From: Lepidodermella squamata
Lineage: Eukaryota; Animalia; Gastrotricha
Length of the DNA stretch: 64,000 nucleotides
Assembly: GCA_047495785.1 (NCBI GenBank)
Contig: JBLDXI010000013.1
Coordinates: 248,001-312,000 of the forward strand
Direction: 5' to 3'
This document shows, piece after piece, positions 1-14,924 of the stretch (position 1 is its first letter; every line of letters begins with the position of its first letter). Below the pieces are notes generated by a model that ran no database searches, had not been told where the DNA came from, and was given only the letters and a program-made list of their open reading frames with translations. Made by a program: the position numbers and the translations under genes.

Positions 1-3000
1 TATAGTACGGGGGCGAACTAGCAAAAAATGATTTGTGCCTAATTAATCTGCGTGCGTTTTCGGCTACGCTAATGGCGAGTGGAAAAAAAACTGCGAGACT
101 CGGCACACTGCTATTTACTCGCGCGCGTTAGAACAAAGCCTGAAGATGCGTGTTTGAAACCGCTCGACGAACAATAATCCAAGCAACCGGCTGCAGCTTC
201 TGTTTCTGCGCCCTATTCACCTGCGCGTTTTTGCGCGGATGTCCGAATACTATATTAGCTATTTATTTAGGAGACATGCTATACAGATAACAGGTAGAAC
301 CTTTATCCATAACACATGGCACCTGTGTTGAACGTACAGGTGCAACATGCGCCTATTCTTAGTAAAAGTCTACGTTTATTTATATTAAGCAAAAAAGTAG
401 ACTAAGCGATGACCAGTGCAAATAGCCCACGGGGGAAATCGGCAACTATTCTTGTCCCTAAGAATAACGATAATTCTAGACAGATACAAATTTGAGATTT
501 TGCTTTATAACGCAAGTTTTTAGCTATATGTTCAATTGATCTTCATGTCTCAATTGATCGCAGTCCTTTCGAAAGCTCTTTCGAACATAAGATATGCGTT
601 GCTGTGCATATCACAGCTAAGCAGTAGGCCGAAGTTCAGTTCGGTGATGTAAATGTTGACGAGTTATCGGTGATCTTCGCCCTCGTCATCACGTATATCC
701 TTACTTTCAACGAGAGTAAAGAAATAAGTCATAAGTCATAAGAGTATCATCTTAACAGATACGGTAGCAAACTCGGTTCGGATAAAATCCAATGCTTGGA
801 CTGTAAATGGATGGCCTTGTAGCATGCTGATATGGCGGTCACGGTGTGGCCAAGTATGGCAATAATCCGACAGCGAGAACAACGAAAAAGGCTAATAAAT
901 AGACGGATAATGGAGCAGCCAGGAGTACCGCAACAGCAGAAATTGCAACGTGATGCAATAACGGTCGGTCGCTTCCCTTCGGCCTATTATACCAGGCGGT
1001 CATATTGTTGTCAATGGCGCGGCAATAAAGAAATAATGTTGCCATGTGGGTTCATGTTTTCGCGCGGCGCCTGAATTCCCCGCTTCTTGCGTTGGCGCTA
1101 GACTAGAAGCGGATGTATCCAAATAACGGTATCGAGGCTACTCCGCGACGGTACTCCTTATATCAATGATATGACCAGTCAACAGACTGTTTATGAACGC
1201 GCACCTAAACACCAGCAGCAGCAGCAATTAGGCAGCGATACTGTTTTTGCGCAAGTATTTGCCAGCCATCGGCGCACGTGTCTCTTCGTCTCAGACTCTC
1301 CGACGACGCGCACCTTAACGACGTGACACCACAAACGCGCGAGTCCAACTTTTCATCGGCACGCACCATATTATCATATTGACAATACAAATAAATAACT
1401 AAAGGTATATGCAGGCGCTGTGAGTTATAATTAGCGGCGAAAAATTGATTCGAGGCGAGACGTGGCTAAAAAAGTGAAGTGAGCAAGGGCGCGAAAGGGC
1501 GCGCGCATTCAAGTGCGCATCTCAGCGCAGGCATAATCCGCGCCATGCGCCACGCGGACGATTACTGACATGGCACGCGCTCGTGGCGCGCAATTCTTGA
1601 ACGAATTTCATCGCAAATAGCAATAGCGATCACAATATTTCTATACATTTGGCGATTAATTGCGTTACATTCAAGGCCACACAGCGATTATCATCTCCAA
1701 TAAATCACATTGCGCGAGAGAATTCGGAGGTCATAAGTAAAGATATAAGATATTAGAACAATTATAAGCAGCAAGCAAATAATAACAATAGCAGCAGGCA
1801 CTAATCACCGTAGTATCTCTGGTCATTATTGTCGTTTGCGGATAAATTTATCGTTGGCAACCAAAAATTCTCGTTAGTAGCCTCGGATCACGCAAAGCGC
1901 GTGTGCCATCCTATTGCCCACAGTGAGAGCTGGTGCCTCTGCGTTTATGAAGCGCGAAATCGCCTATAGTTTGTCGAGGCCAAGACATATGAAGGCGCAT
2001 CATTCGCTTGGCTTAACTTCCGGCGATTAACGTGCACCCATGGCGTTTCAACGTTACTGGGCCGGCGCTTGAAGGCCAATTTCCGGCGCGGGGGTGCGCT
2101 CACCTTCCTGACCAGGCATGGATGCGCAACCGCCGTTTCTCGCGCAGACGCCCAGCTTCACTATAGCGGTAGCGACTGCAAACGCACCAGCTTTAATGAT
2201 GCTTTAAAGTTAGCTCCTTGGTTTGCTTCTATTCGCTCGCAAGTTTCTCCTAAATGTTCTTCTCACATCGGCTGGGTGATATTTATCGGTTTAAAACAAC
2301 ACAACAGAAAACGATGATGTGATCTCAGATGTAGAGGAAAATCTGTTGGCCGCAGATCAAGATCACAAGATTGCATTGCGATGGTAATATTGTGGCTTAG
2401 TTTCTTGTACACGAAATATGCAGTTTATGAAAACAACAAACGATGTGCACATGATGCTCTTGATGCGCACATGGGATTGTTTTATTCGAACACGAGAAAA
2501 TAAGCGCTAATTTCCACGCTGATGCAGGTGGTCGCAAAGATGATGATGATGATGATATGTAATGATGATAATGTTGGGTTTAATCCATGTTCAGTTACAA
2601 AACATGTATAACCGCTGGAAAATATTCGCGCTGTAAATGCAGCTGTTGCGAAGTCAACAATTGTTGTGGCCGAATAACAAATCTATCAGGTAGCGCGCAG
2701 CCGCGCCTTATAATACTGGCAACACGTGATATCGCTAATTGCTGAAAGATGATTATGTTACCCAGAAAGCAGGGGTATTTGATTATGAAATGTAAAAAAA
2801 CGACGAGAAAGTCCAATACTATATAAGAGCGTTTCTCGAGTACACAGTGGAAAATGTAAGTGGTGCATATTTATAGCCACTTTAGTTTGCCGTTGCGAGA
2901 GTGACCACGATTTCGATGGTCACCGCATATGAACTTGTACTTTTGAAATACTTGCGGTTTGGTATACCGGATTTTTTGGTTGGTATGGGTGCAAATTGAA

Positions 3001-5067
3001 GGGTGTTTGAAAAACATCAGCTCCGCAAGACTTCCGCAATTCAAGACTCACTCTGGGTGCAATATTTAAGAGTACGAACTACAGGTAAATTCTCAATTAG
3101 GAACATCGGCTGAAATTGAGGGCCTCTCTTGCAATATTTTCAGCTAATAAATTGTAAGTGGAGCTATAGCTCACTAGATAAATAAAATTTCAGCAATTTA
3201 CCAGGATTATTTTGCTCCCAATGATTAATTGCAAATAATGTTAACTGAATCCGTGCCAGAAAGCGAGGGGCCAAAATCAATAAGCTTGCATCAAATGAAG
3301 AGAGAAAGCCCAGGGTCATGACTAAAGTCCTCACGAATTAGTTTGTCCTGGCTTATTTACGAGAACTTGCTCGGGTTTCTTTACACCGAATCTCAGTGAA
3401 AATTTTTTGGCGCGGCTAAGAGACTAATAATTCGAATGGAGGACGTAAAATAGATATTCATCATCTTAAGTGTTAGACCCAAAGGTATCCCTACATGCTA
3501 GCGGTGCCTTGGATGTGATCTTATTCGCAACACAGTAAGACGCATGTTGAAGCAAGGTAGGATATTATGATTAAATATCGGATCGTAATGAAAAATTGTT
3601 ACTGTTATCTCAAGTTTTAAGAGGAACGCAAGACGTTGGTTGAGATCAGATTTTCATGTGACTTGAAATGATTGTTAGTAGATATGACCATAACTGAATT
3701 CAAGCTATGTAATCGTACTCAGAATGATCGTTATTTCGACTTGTCGGAGCTTGTTTATTTGTTTATTAAGAATATTATTATTTTTAATCGTCGATCCGCC
3801 CTGCTGAAGCAGGCCAGTGCGAGCCACTTTTTAACGGCAAAGTGCCGAAAAAATACTAATAGTTGTTTGCAGTTCATAACACAAATCAGCTGTGCAATTA
3901 CACGATGCGCCAAATAATATGAGATAGCCGACGCGCGCTGTAGTGAGCCAAAAGAAGCAGAAGATGAAGCGATGACGGCGCAAGTTGTTCTTTTCTCAAC
4001 TCAATTATGATCCGTCTACTAATCGGCGCAGCGGGGCGTATCGCAGTGGCTTATAGTTGGAAGATAAACAAAAAAATGCTCAGCCGCACTTCAAGCCGGC
4101 GCGATTGGTCAAAAACGCACTCTAACTAGAAAAGAGGCGCTCATTGCAGGATCGACGCGACGTGGGCCGCAACACTCGCTGTCATCAAACTCATTACAGA
4201 CCTAAAAATCAACATGGCCAAGTATGGGCACATCGCCAAGTCAATAATAATAACGTTGTTAAAGCTCATCGTCGAACGCACTCGTCCATGTTCTTCCAGC
4301 AGCCTCGGCTATTTCTCTTGTTATCGTTTTACACAACTCATTTGTATATTGTTATTCTGTGCAGGCCAGTGCGATAACAATGAAGCGCGCCCGGCCGTTC
4401 TCCTCCGGAAAACAATGTCTCGCAGTAGTAAAACAATTCAACTAGACTGATGAACACATGATTTTTGCCGTGTGTATTATTTTTGCGGAAGACCTTCACA
4501 AACATCCTATTATTCATCATTACGATGTTAACTCGCAATAAAGTATACCTATTGCTGCATTGCTGTTGCAAAACTGGAGCAGCCGAATGGGTTTTATCAG
4601 ACGGCTTAAAAAACACGACCTGCTGAATGTTTATCGCAACGCAAGTAGAGGGCTTTGCACCTGATCCAAAGCCTAATCCAGGTCTATAATCGATTTGCTC
4701 ATATTTGTCCAAGGTCGGTAAAAGAACGGCTACTATGAACTGATAAACCTATTGCCAACCTCAGTAGTTTGTTACCTTGTAAACATCGAAAAGCTTTACT
4801 CGAACTTTACTCGAATACGTGGGGCATAGTATATAATAAGTTGCATGATTCGTCGGTTCAATTTTACACCAAGTGGTGAGTATTATATAATTTGCGTCAG
4901 TTTTTGATGAAGCAAAAGTCTCGGGATCTTCCATGAAATGAGCAGCGCTTTGATGGATTTCGTTGGTGCAACTAAAAAATGATAGAAGCTTACAAATATC
5001 GGCTCTATTAATATCACAAATTCAACCATATTTTATTTCAAGGCGAAAAGCACCGGCTAACATGAAT

Positions 5068-8000
5068 TTAACACATGGGTCCAAACGAGTGAAAAAGATG
5101 TTGATGAAAGCGACTTGGCGGTGCTTGGAAAGCAGGCCGATAATATGACACCGGGTCTTCGTCAACTTCACTTTCCTCGACTCGTTCAAGCGCCTGTGAG
5201 TCACGGCGAGCAGGGACATTCACTTGCTGCTTTTCGGCTTCGGATCCGCTGCCGAAATCTGCACTAACCTCCTCCTTGACGGTTGCCATTGTTGTCATGG
5301 CATGTAATCCAGCCTCAGTTGCCTCCGAATCGTATAGCGTTGACAAGGCACTTTTTTTATCCATACGCTGCTGTTTGCCCATTAGCTTTCGTCGCAAGCT
5401 CGAGAATGGCTTGATCAACGACTTACTTGCTGTTTTTTGCTGAGCATTTCCGTTATTATCTGTAGTATTTTGATTCAGCTGGTCGCTGTTGAGCATGGCT
5501 AGGTCGGCCGGAGCACTGAGTTGCTTAACTGGTGGCTGCTCGAAGCTCCGCCTTAAAATGAATGGCTGTTGCTCGCCACCGATTTCAACCGGGCTATAGG
5601 CATCGTTCTTCTGAGTTTCGCCGTTTTGAGTCTTCGATGCCCAACTTCCGAATTTCATCCAACTAAATAAAGTGCTGCTTTTCCTTAATCCGTTTTTCTT
5701 TTGATTAAAACTCGGAACAACTCTGTAATTATTAGAGACTTAAACGTCAGTTAGGGCGAAAAGGAAGGTTGCTCACCCGACCAATTTCAAGCGATCACCT
5801 TCGGCTGTTCGGCGGAAGCGGCCGATATCGGCCTCTGCATAGTCTGAATATGCGTTCGGAATTTTGTGGGGACAAAAGTACCAACAGCAGAAGAAATACG
5901 TCAGCTGAGAACGCCATTTTTGCAACAGTTTTATCAATTCACGGCGAAAAAGCGTTCCGGAAAGACAGTACAAGAAGAAATTGATGGCATTACTCGTGTA
6001 TTGCAGCAAGTTCACCTGATATTTAGGTGAATATGTTCATAGCACGATACAGCCAATGATCAGTAAACTCACCACAGTCCAAATTAGATACATGAGCTCC
6101 TGGTTCTGTGGCTGGAAAAATCATATCCGAAAAATTATAGCATCATGAGTTTTAAGATAAGTTTCAAACCTCATTGGCAGATATTTTTGATCGAGCTATC
6201 ATGTATACTGATATCGGTAGTGTTAAAGCGAAGAAAGAGAAACAACAAGCGAACATTATAGCGGTCATTCCGGACAAACTGCGACCGGCGCTTCCATAAA
6301 GCGTGCTGTTTCGGCGGATGTAAATGATTCGCCAAGCGATGAGAACTGATGAAGGGTACAAAGATATAAAGAAATATTCTGGAATAATTATACCCTTCTA
6401 GAAATATTATCCTCAACTATATGGTGGTTGTTGAAAATACCCTAACCTACCTATTGTATAACATCCACAAGTGTATCATGCCACGATGGCATATAGGATT
6501 TACTTCAGGACGCAAGCATAGCTTCATAGCCCCCTTTCAAATTTCTCGACCTATTGGATTAGACCAATTTTGTGACCCAAGTTATTGGTTGAACTTTGGC
6601 ACGGCATGTACCTACATCGGTTTGTGGTAAAGGTTAGATTCTGGTGAATCCGTGCCGATTTAGTTATACCAGAACGCCTGCCGGCTATTTATATGCTCAT
6701 GGGGCATGTCAAAAGCGATGGAATAGATCGGAATCTCGCTATGATCGATAAGTGAGCGCAAAAACGGCTTCCTATATTTGGAGAAAAGTCCTGTTTTACA
6801 GGGTGGAGAGGGGGAAATTAGCATAAGGAGGGGAAACTTGACTTTCATCTTCGAATGCCGTTTTTTGCCGTTCTAAAGCCCAAACAACACCGCCCAAACA
6901 ACCTGGCCTCAATTAAGAAAAAGAAGCCTTCCTACGTGCCCGTTGCTTCAAAAATTACTTCCAATAATTACTGAAAAGTGATCGCCGAAGGATTTTGGTC
7001 TCCGGCCTGGCGGCCCCGACCAAAAATCCGCCCGCTGACTAAAATTACAACTAAAAGGCAATATTATAAATATCCAACGGTATTCGCCATTCGCCCAGAT
7101 ATAGCCGTATTCCGGCGTCAACATTCAGAGCCGAAGAGTTGATCAAATGGGACTGGTTACATTCCTCAAAAAAGTATAAATCACTCTGAAACTCCTTCCT
7201 TTTTGAACTTGTTTGCTCTACTTGTGCCAACTGTTTGTGTCTTCGAGTTATTAACTATTACAGCATTAGTATGCTCTCTATTCCCACCTACGAACTACCC
7301 GAATCTCAAGTTTTGGGCAAACTTGTAAACTCACAGTTAAGCAGCAGCATTATCGAGAACGGAATGAAGCAGAATATAGTCATGTCGAGATAGGGCCAAA
7401 TGTAGTTCAACAGGTAGTCGAATTCTGGCTTAGCATCGCAAGCCCAGGTGCCACCTTCGTCTTTGACAATGACAGCTGAGTCGTTGCCAAAAATAATAGT
7501 TTCGTTATCTGCGAACTCCTCTGGCAAAACAGTTTGAAGAACCGATGTGTTCGAGGATGATGAACCCTGTTGAACATTGTGTACACGTTCGGGGTCGTCA
7601 TTTTTTTGAATGCCGGTTGTAAACAAGAACTGAAAATTTATTGATACGAGGAACAGCAAAACGACAAGCGATGCGATTTTCGCATTTCGAACCGTACACA
7701 GACTGCGTGACTTCAGTGGGAACCAGACCGAAAAAAATCGCTCGGCTGCTACTAAAACAAGCAGCCAAGATGCGTAGTGCAAGGAGAAGTATAAAAGAAA
7801 AACTTGAATCTATTGTTGAAATTGAGATTTATTAAAATTTTAATTTGAAAAGCTCGACAACTTACTGAACACAAAATTGAAACCTTTGTTCTAAACACAT
7901 CTTCGCCCACAAAATATTCGACAACTTTGTTCAATAAGCCGAGGTAGAGGCAGCCCAAATCGCAAACTGCAAGAACGCTCAGCAGGAAGGCTGTAGCGTG

Positions 8001-8199
8001 AATTCGAAGAGCCTGGTTCGCATGAATTCATGTGCATTATTGGTGGCATTAATTAAATATATTGTTCTACCTTCTGCCTCAGAACAACAAACGAAAGAAT
8101 ATTGCCACATGTTCCAACCGCGAGCAAGAGGATTCCGATATAGATTTGGACGATTCTGACTCGTTCTCGCAATTGAAGGTAGTTGTTCTCTTCAGTCAT
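5068..8199 (-). CDS. Class A (rhodopsin-like) peptide GPCR, FMRFamide/myosuppressin/sex-peptide receptor-like; about 7 exons, long C-terminal tail
   Basis: Spliced translation: MTEENNYLQLRERVRIVQIYIGILLLAVGTCGNILSFVVL (TM1 GN); LSVLAVCDLGCL (TM2 LAxxD); ASWLLVLVAAERFFSVWFPL (TM3, ERF variant of DRY); FCFIPFSIMLLLN (TM5); FALTLP (TM6); TSNAINFFLYCLSGTLFRREL (TM7/helix 8). Canonical GT-AG introns, one of about 1 kb (about 6348-7331). Confidence 0.9.
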
Positions 8200-10870
8200 C
8201 GCTCAGCAGCGACATGTCTCGAAGTTTTTCAATGGCTACTAAACGTTGATGTAGGCAAAAAGCTCATCAGATCGTGAACCGAATGAAACGCAAGACTGAT
8301 TCGGGTTTCACGGGGAAAATTTTAAAATAATGATACCTACCAAAAATGTATAATTTCAACTCAGTTATACTGAGGACGAATGTGATACTGACACATTTCA
8401 GCATCTTCTTTCAATAGTTCATGAGCAGTTATCATGTACTTATTAACATTATGGAGAGCGATTTTGATGGTTTGAAGAAGCGTATTTGCCCTTTCATCTG
8501 TCGATAAGCTCAAAAATAAAATCATAAATAGCACCGTGGCCGATTACTCGCTATCAAGTATGAATGAACGGCGCAATTTTATAATTGCAATAACCAAACT
8601 TACACAAGTGGAACTATTCAAAATCGTGAGATCGGGTAGCATCCTGTGAATAAAGCTTCCAATAAAACATATGAATTGGAAAAATGACGTGAAAACAACA
8701 AAATGGTGGGTAAAACACGTTGCCAATTGCTTGGCGAACGTTATCGCAATATTAAAAAAACACATGATGTAGCAACCAACAAACTATTTCATTATACAGA
8801 GCGCAGGCGACACAAATTATCCTGCCGCATACACCGGCCGGTTCGTTGTGTACACAAAGGCGGTATCGATAAGGTAAAAGAAAGCTACCTGCTTCTCGGG
8901 CGTCTGGTAAAAACATGATTATGTGTATAAGTATGTGGATGAATCGATATGGCAAAAAAACACGGTGGCTTCAGGTAAATGACGGAACTTCGATGGCTGT
9001 GAACTAGGAACCGAAGTCATCATTATACTGGATTCCGAGTTCTGCGACGCAGCATCGTAATTTGGTAGAGCTCCTTCGATTTTCTCTTAATATATTTACA
9101 CAACCCTCATCATCATCATCATCAAGTTATTGGCATCTCGTGTGTGCTTGCGATCGATACTGAGATGATTTTAAAGGCGACCAGTTGTTTGACGAATTGG
9201 AAAAACACCATGCAATGCATAAACACGAAAAGTTTATTACTGTTTCACTCCGATGCAAATGCGAACACTATCAACTCTGCTACAACAGTAATTTGGTAGA
9301 TTTTGCTGCCGCCTCGACTGGCAAAACACGACAATGTCCAGTGCTTGAAGCAAGTTGAATAACTGAGACAAAGATAGAGAGGAAACGACAGACAGGAGAA
9401 GTGCACGTATGTGTTCATAGCCATCATCATAGTAACTACTACGGTACATCATGTCAGTCGAGGTTAGGCAACGAATAATACGACTGCTGCGTGTGGACAG
9501 AGCTGCGGCAGATGCAAACAAGAGTGAGAACAGCGAAAAAAGTTGTTAGACAGTAAGGCGATCCGAGAATCAACGCGTGTTCATTCTTCATTCATCCTGA
9601 ATGTAGTGCAGAATGTAGAATCAACAAAAAGGCATCGCCGAACCAAAGAATAATGAATGATTTTTTAAGGTAGTTTTAATGAAGTTTATTATTTTTAGAA
9701 TTATTTTTTCATCATATTATTTATTAAGAGAGATATATTTTTCATCATCATCATCAGTTTTTCATCATTCATCAATATATCATTCGAATCAAAAAAAGAA
9801 GATTTGTCTTTCAGAATTACGCTCGGCCTAGCTCGCCTAGAATATTTTTCATAATTTTGTAACGTGCGCTTGTGCGTGCCCTTCCTCCACGACACTCGGC
9901 ACAGGCACCAACAATTTTTTCAGACCAAACAATAGCGCAAGCGTAACCATCATAATCGATTTTAGTGTCGCATCATTACAATAGGATTATTGATTTAACA
10001 ATACACCTGGTTGTAGTTCTTCTTGTTCTCGGTGTTAGAGTGCAGGGGTGCCGGCTGATGTGACACCGTATTTTAAGCCGGCACTTACCCGCCACAGCAG
10101 TTGTGTCTTCCAACCATACACGAACATCAACATACGATAGCTTTTATCAATTAGAGCGATCCTATGGATGGCGGAAGGAGAGACGCGCGAATAAGTTGTG
10201 TACCATCTTGATTTGTGTTTGTGTTTTTTGTCATCCTCATCATTATATCACGACAAATAAATGGGTAATGGTGAATGAAACAGACGCAAATATATAACTT
10301 GAATATAAATGAACTCGAGAGCACGAATGTAGTGTATTTTGGGGCATGAAAGGTGTCTGTATCTACGCTTGTGCGCGAACTGAACAAAACACATACAAAA
10401 CATTTATGAACCGAGCTTCAGTTTCTTTCAATTCATTCAATCTTCATTATCATTATTATTATCATTTTACTCAAGCGTTAAGCTTTTTGCAATTTTTATA
10501 TTTTTTTTAACTCCGTGCTTTGGTTTTTTTTTCCATCGGCGAAATATGACAGAGAAGAAATATGCAGCGAAATATAAGAGAGACTTATCTACTATTTAAC
10601 ACTGCTTTTATTACGCCAGCAGCCGGCATCAGTCCTCAACAAGAGGCTTCAAAGCCAAGGGGCTGCAACAACAAGAACAACTACAAGTACCCACGCCAGA
10701 ACGTTCTCTACACAGGCGTTGCAGTTACAGGAGATTTGAAACAAGCGATATAGGTCCACCCAGAAGTCACTCAAGTCAGTTCACTTTCAGTCAGTCACTC
10801 ATCATTCATCTTTCTGCTTCAAAATGTCAATTAATTAATTCATCTTCCACGACGCCGCCAATCCTGCAAT

Positions 10871-13450
<2,580 letters not shown>

Positions 13451-13513
13451 TTTTTTAGACCCAAAGCACGGAGGTTTTCAAATTTTTTTCGATTTTTTTT
13501 AACAAATTTTTAC
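13451..13513 (-). promoter_or_regulatory. A-rich PABP 5' UTR segment (candidate autoregulatory element) following a 3' splice acceptor
   Basis: Minus strand reads ttctttcag|gtaaaaatttgttaaaaaaaatcgaaaaaaatttgaaaacctccgtgctttgggtctaaaaaaATG, i.e. several oligo-A runs directly before the start codon. A-rich autoregulatory 5' UTRs are known for PABP mRNAs. Confidence 0.6.
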
Positions 13514-14924
13514 CTGAAAGAAGAAAAAGGTGATCAGCGTGTTATATCTACGGCCGCTGGGACCATTGAGGTTTGAGGTGATAATTCGGTCGTTCTTTTA
13601 ATTATATTCAGTAACAGGTGTGCATTAGAAATATACTAAACCCAACTCATCTGCCCACTGCAATGGAACTTTCCACTCAGGAAAATCCTGATGTCATGCA
13701 GTAGTGAAATAACAAGCAACAAGCGAGATATTCCAATAGATCACTAAAATTTACCCCAGCAGATAAAGGTTCTTCTACTGCAACAGAACATACGACATAA
13801 GATATAATATTGTTGCATCAGATCAATTACATACTACATAGTAAAGACATGCACCGCAGTTCTTACTCACAATGGATTGACAACGGATTGGCAGCAATAT
13901 TAAGAGTTCAGGGGTCGCGAGGGGCGCATCGTTAGAGAGTACTGTGCTCTTGCGTCAAGCACCTTACCTATTGGCAATCGGACTATCTAAACCACGCGAG
14001 GACCAAATCTACAACGTTGCGATTTGAGGTTAAAAGCAGAGGCAAGTGCGAATCCCCGAGCGACCTCTTATATTGCCGCTACTGGCAAAAATGCAGGACA
14101 GGTAAAGGTAAATTAGGTTACCCGAAGGTTAAAGATCAGGGACAGAAATATGAAGGGGTGCGCTTTTCTGGGTTAGGTTCATACGTCATCGCGATTAGCG
14201 TAGGATGATGAGTTGCGATGCAAAAGCAACAAACAAACTCTGGCACGCTCGTACACCATCAGGGATCCACATTTATTTTAAATAAAAAAAATTAAGTCAA
14301 AACAAAATTCACTGCTAATAAAAAAATATAGGACAAACTTGACAATTGAGATTAAATTTATTGTTGATCTGCTGCATGAGATTTACGAAATCCGAAAACG
14401 TCCGCTCCTCTCCGAGTCCGCGGTGCGTTCGCGATCGTAGGCCAGCAGCGCGCGATTTTTCGCATTTGAATGCCATTTGCTAAACATTTTGCATTGTTCG
14501 AACATAGATCTCGCAATTTTCTTCAAGCAAATCAGACCTGAGTGTTGCTTATTGCTACTAAGTTTTGATAAATTACCACACATCCTAAAAAAGCAATCTC
14601 CAACTTTTTTGTTGTGGTTTGCAGCTGTGACATTGCATGAGCATTCTTAAGGTCGTACCTAGTACACAAAAGCATTTCATACAGGTTTGATTGATAGGTA
14701 TACTAAAACATTCCTGATTTCTTCGCTCGAGTTCGCGCATTTTTCCGTCGCGCGTTTTACGGCAGGGTCACCGTGAAAAAATGATTGTTTTGAGTTACGG
14801 GACACCGGACTTTTTTGCGCGGTGAATGCGCATGATTCAGCATGATCGAAGCACGGATTAATTCGTAATTCGAAGTTGGGATTTATCAAGAGCAACGTCC
14901 AAATGAATATCTCTGACTAAATCG

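Noticed and set aside
636-692. Minus-strand GTGATGA...CTGA, C/D snoRNA-like
   Set aside because: No terminal stem, no host gene and no identifiable rRNA guide.
839-1045. Short hydrophobic ORF on the minus strand (68 aa)
   Set aside because: No recognisable homology, splice context or partner exons; could be chance in the gene-free 1-5 kb region.
14136-14192. Minus-strand GCGATGA..TTTCTGTCC-CTGA (C/D-like) overlapping AACCTAACCC (telomerase-template-like) upstream of PABP
   Set aside because: Imperfect C box, only a 9-nt guide and no terminal stem. No convincing pseudoknot, P6.1 or H/ACA for a telomerase RNA. Would need an Infernal search.
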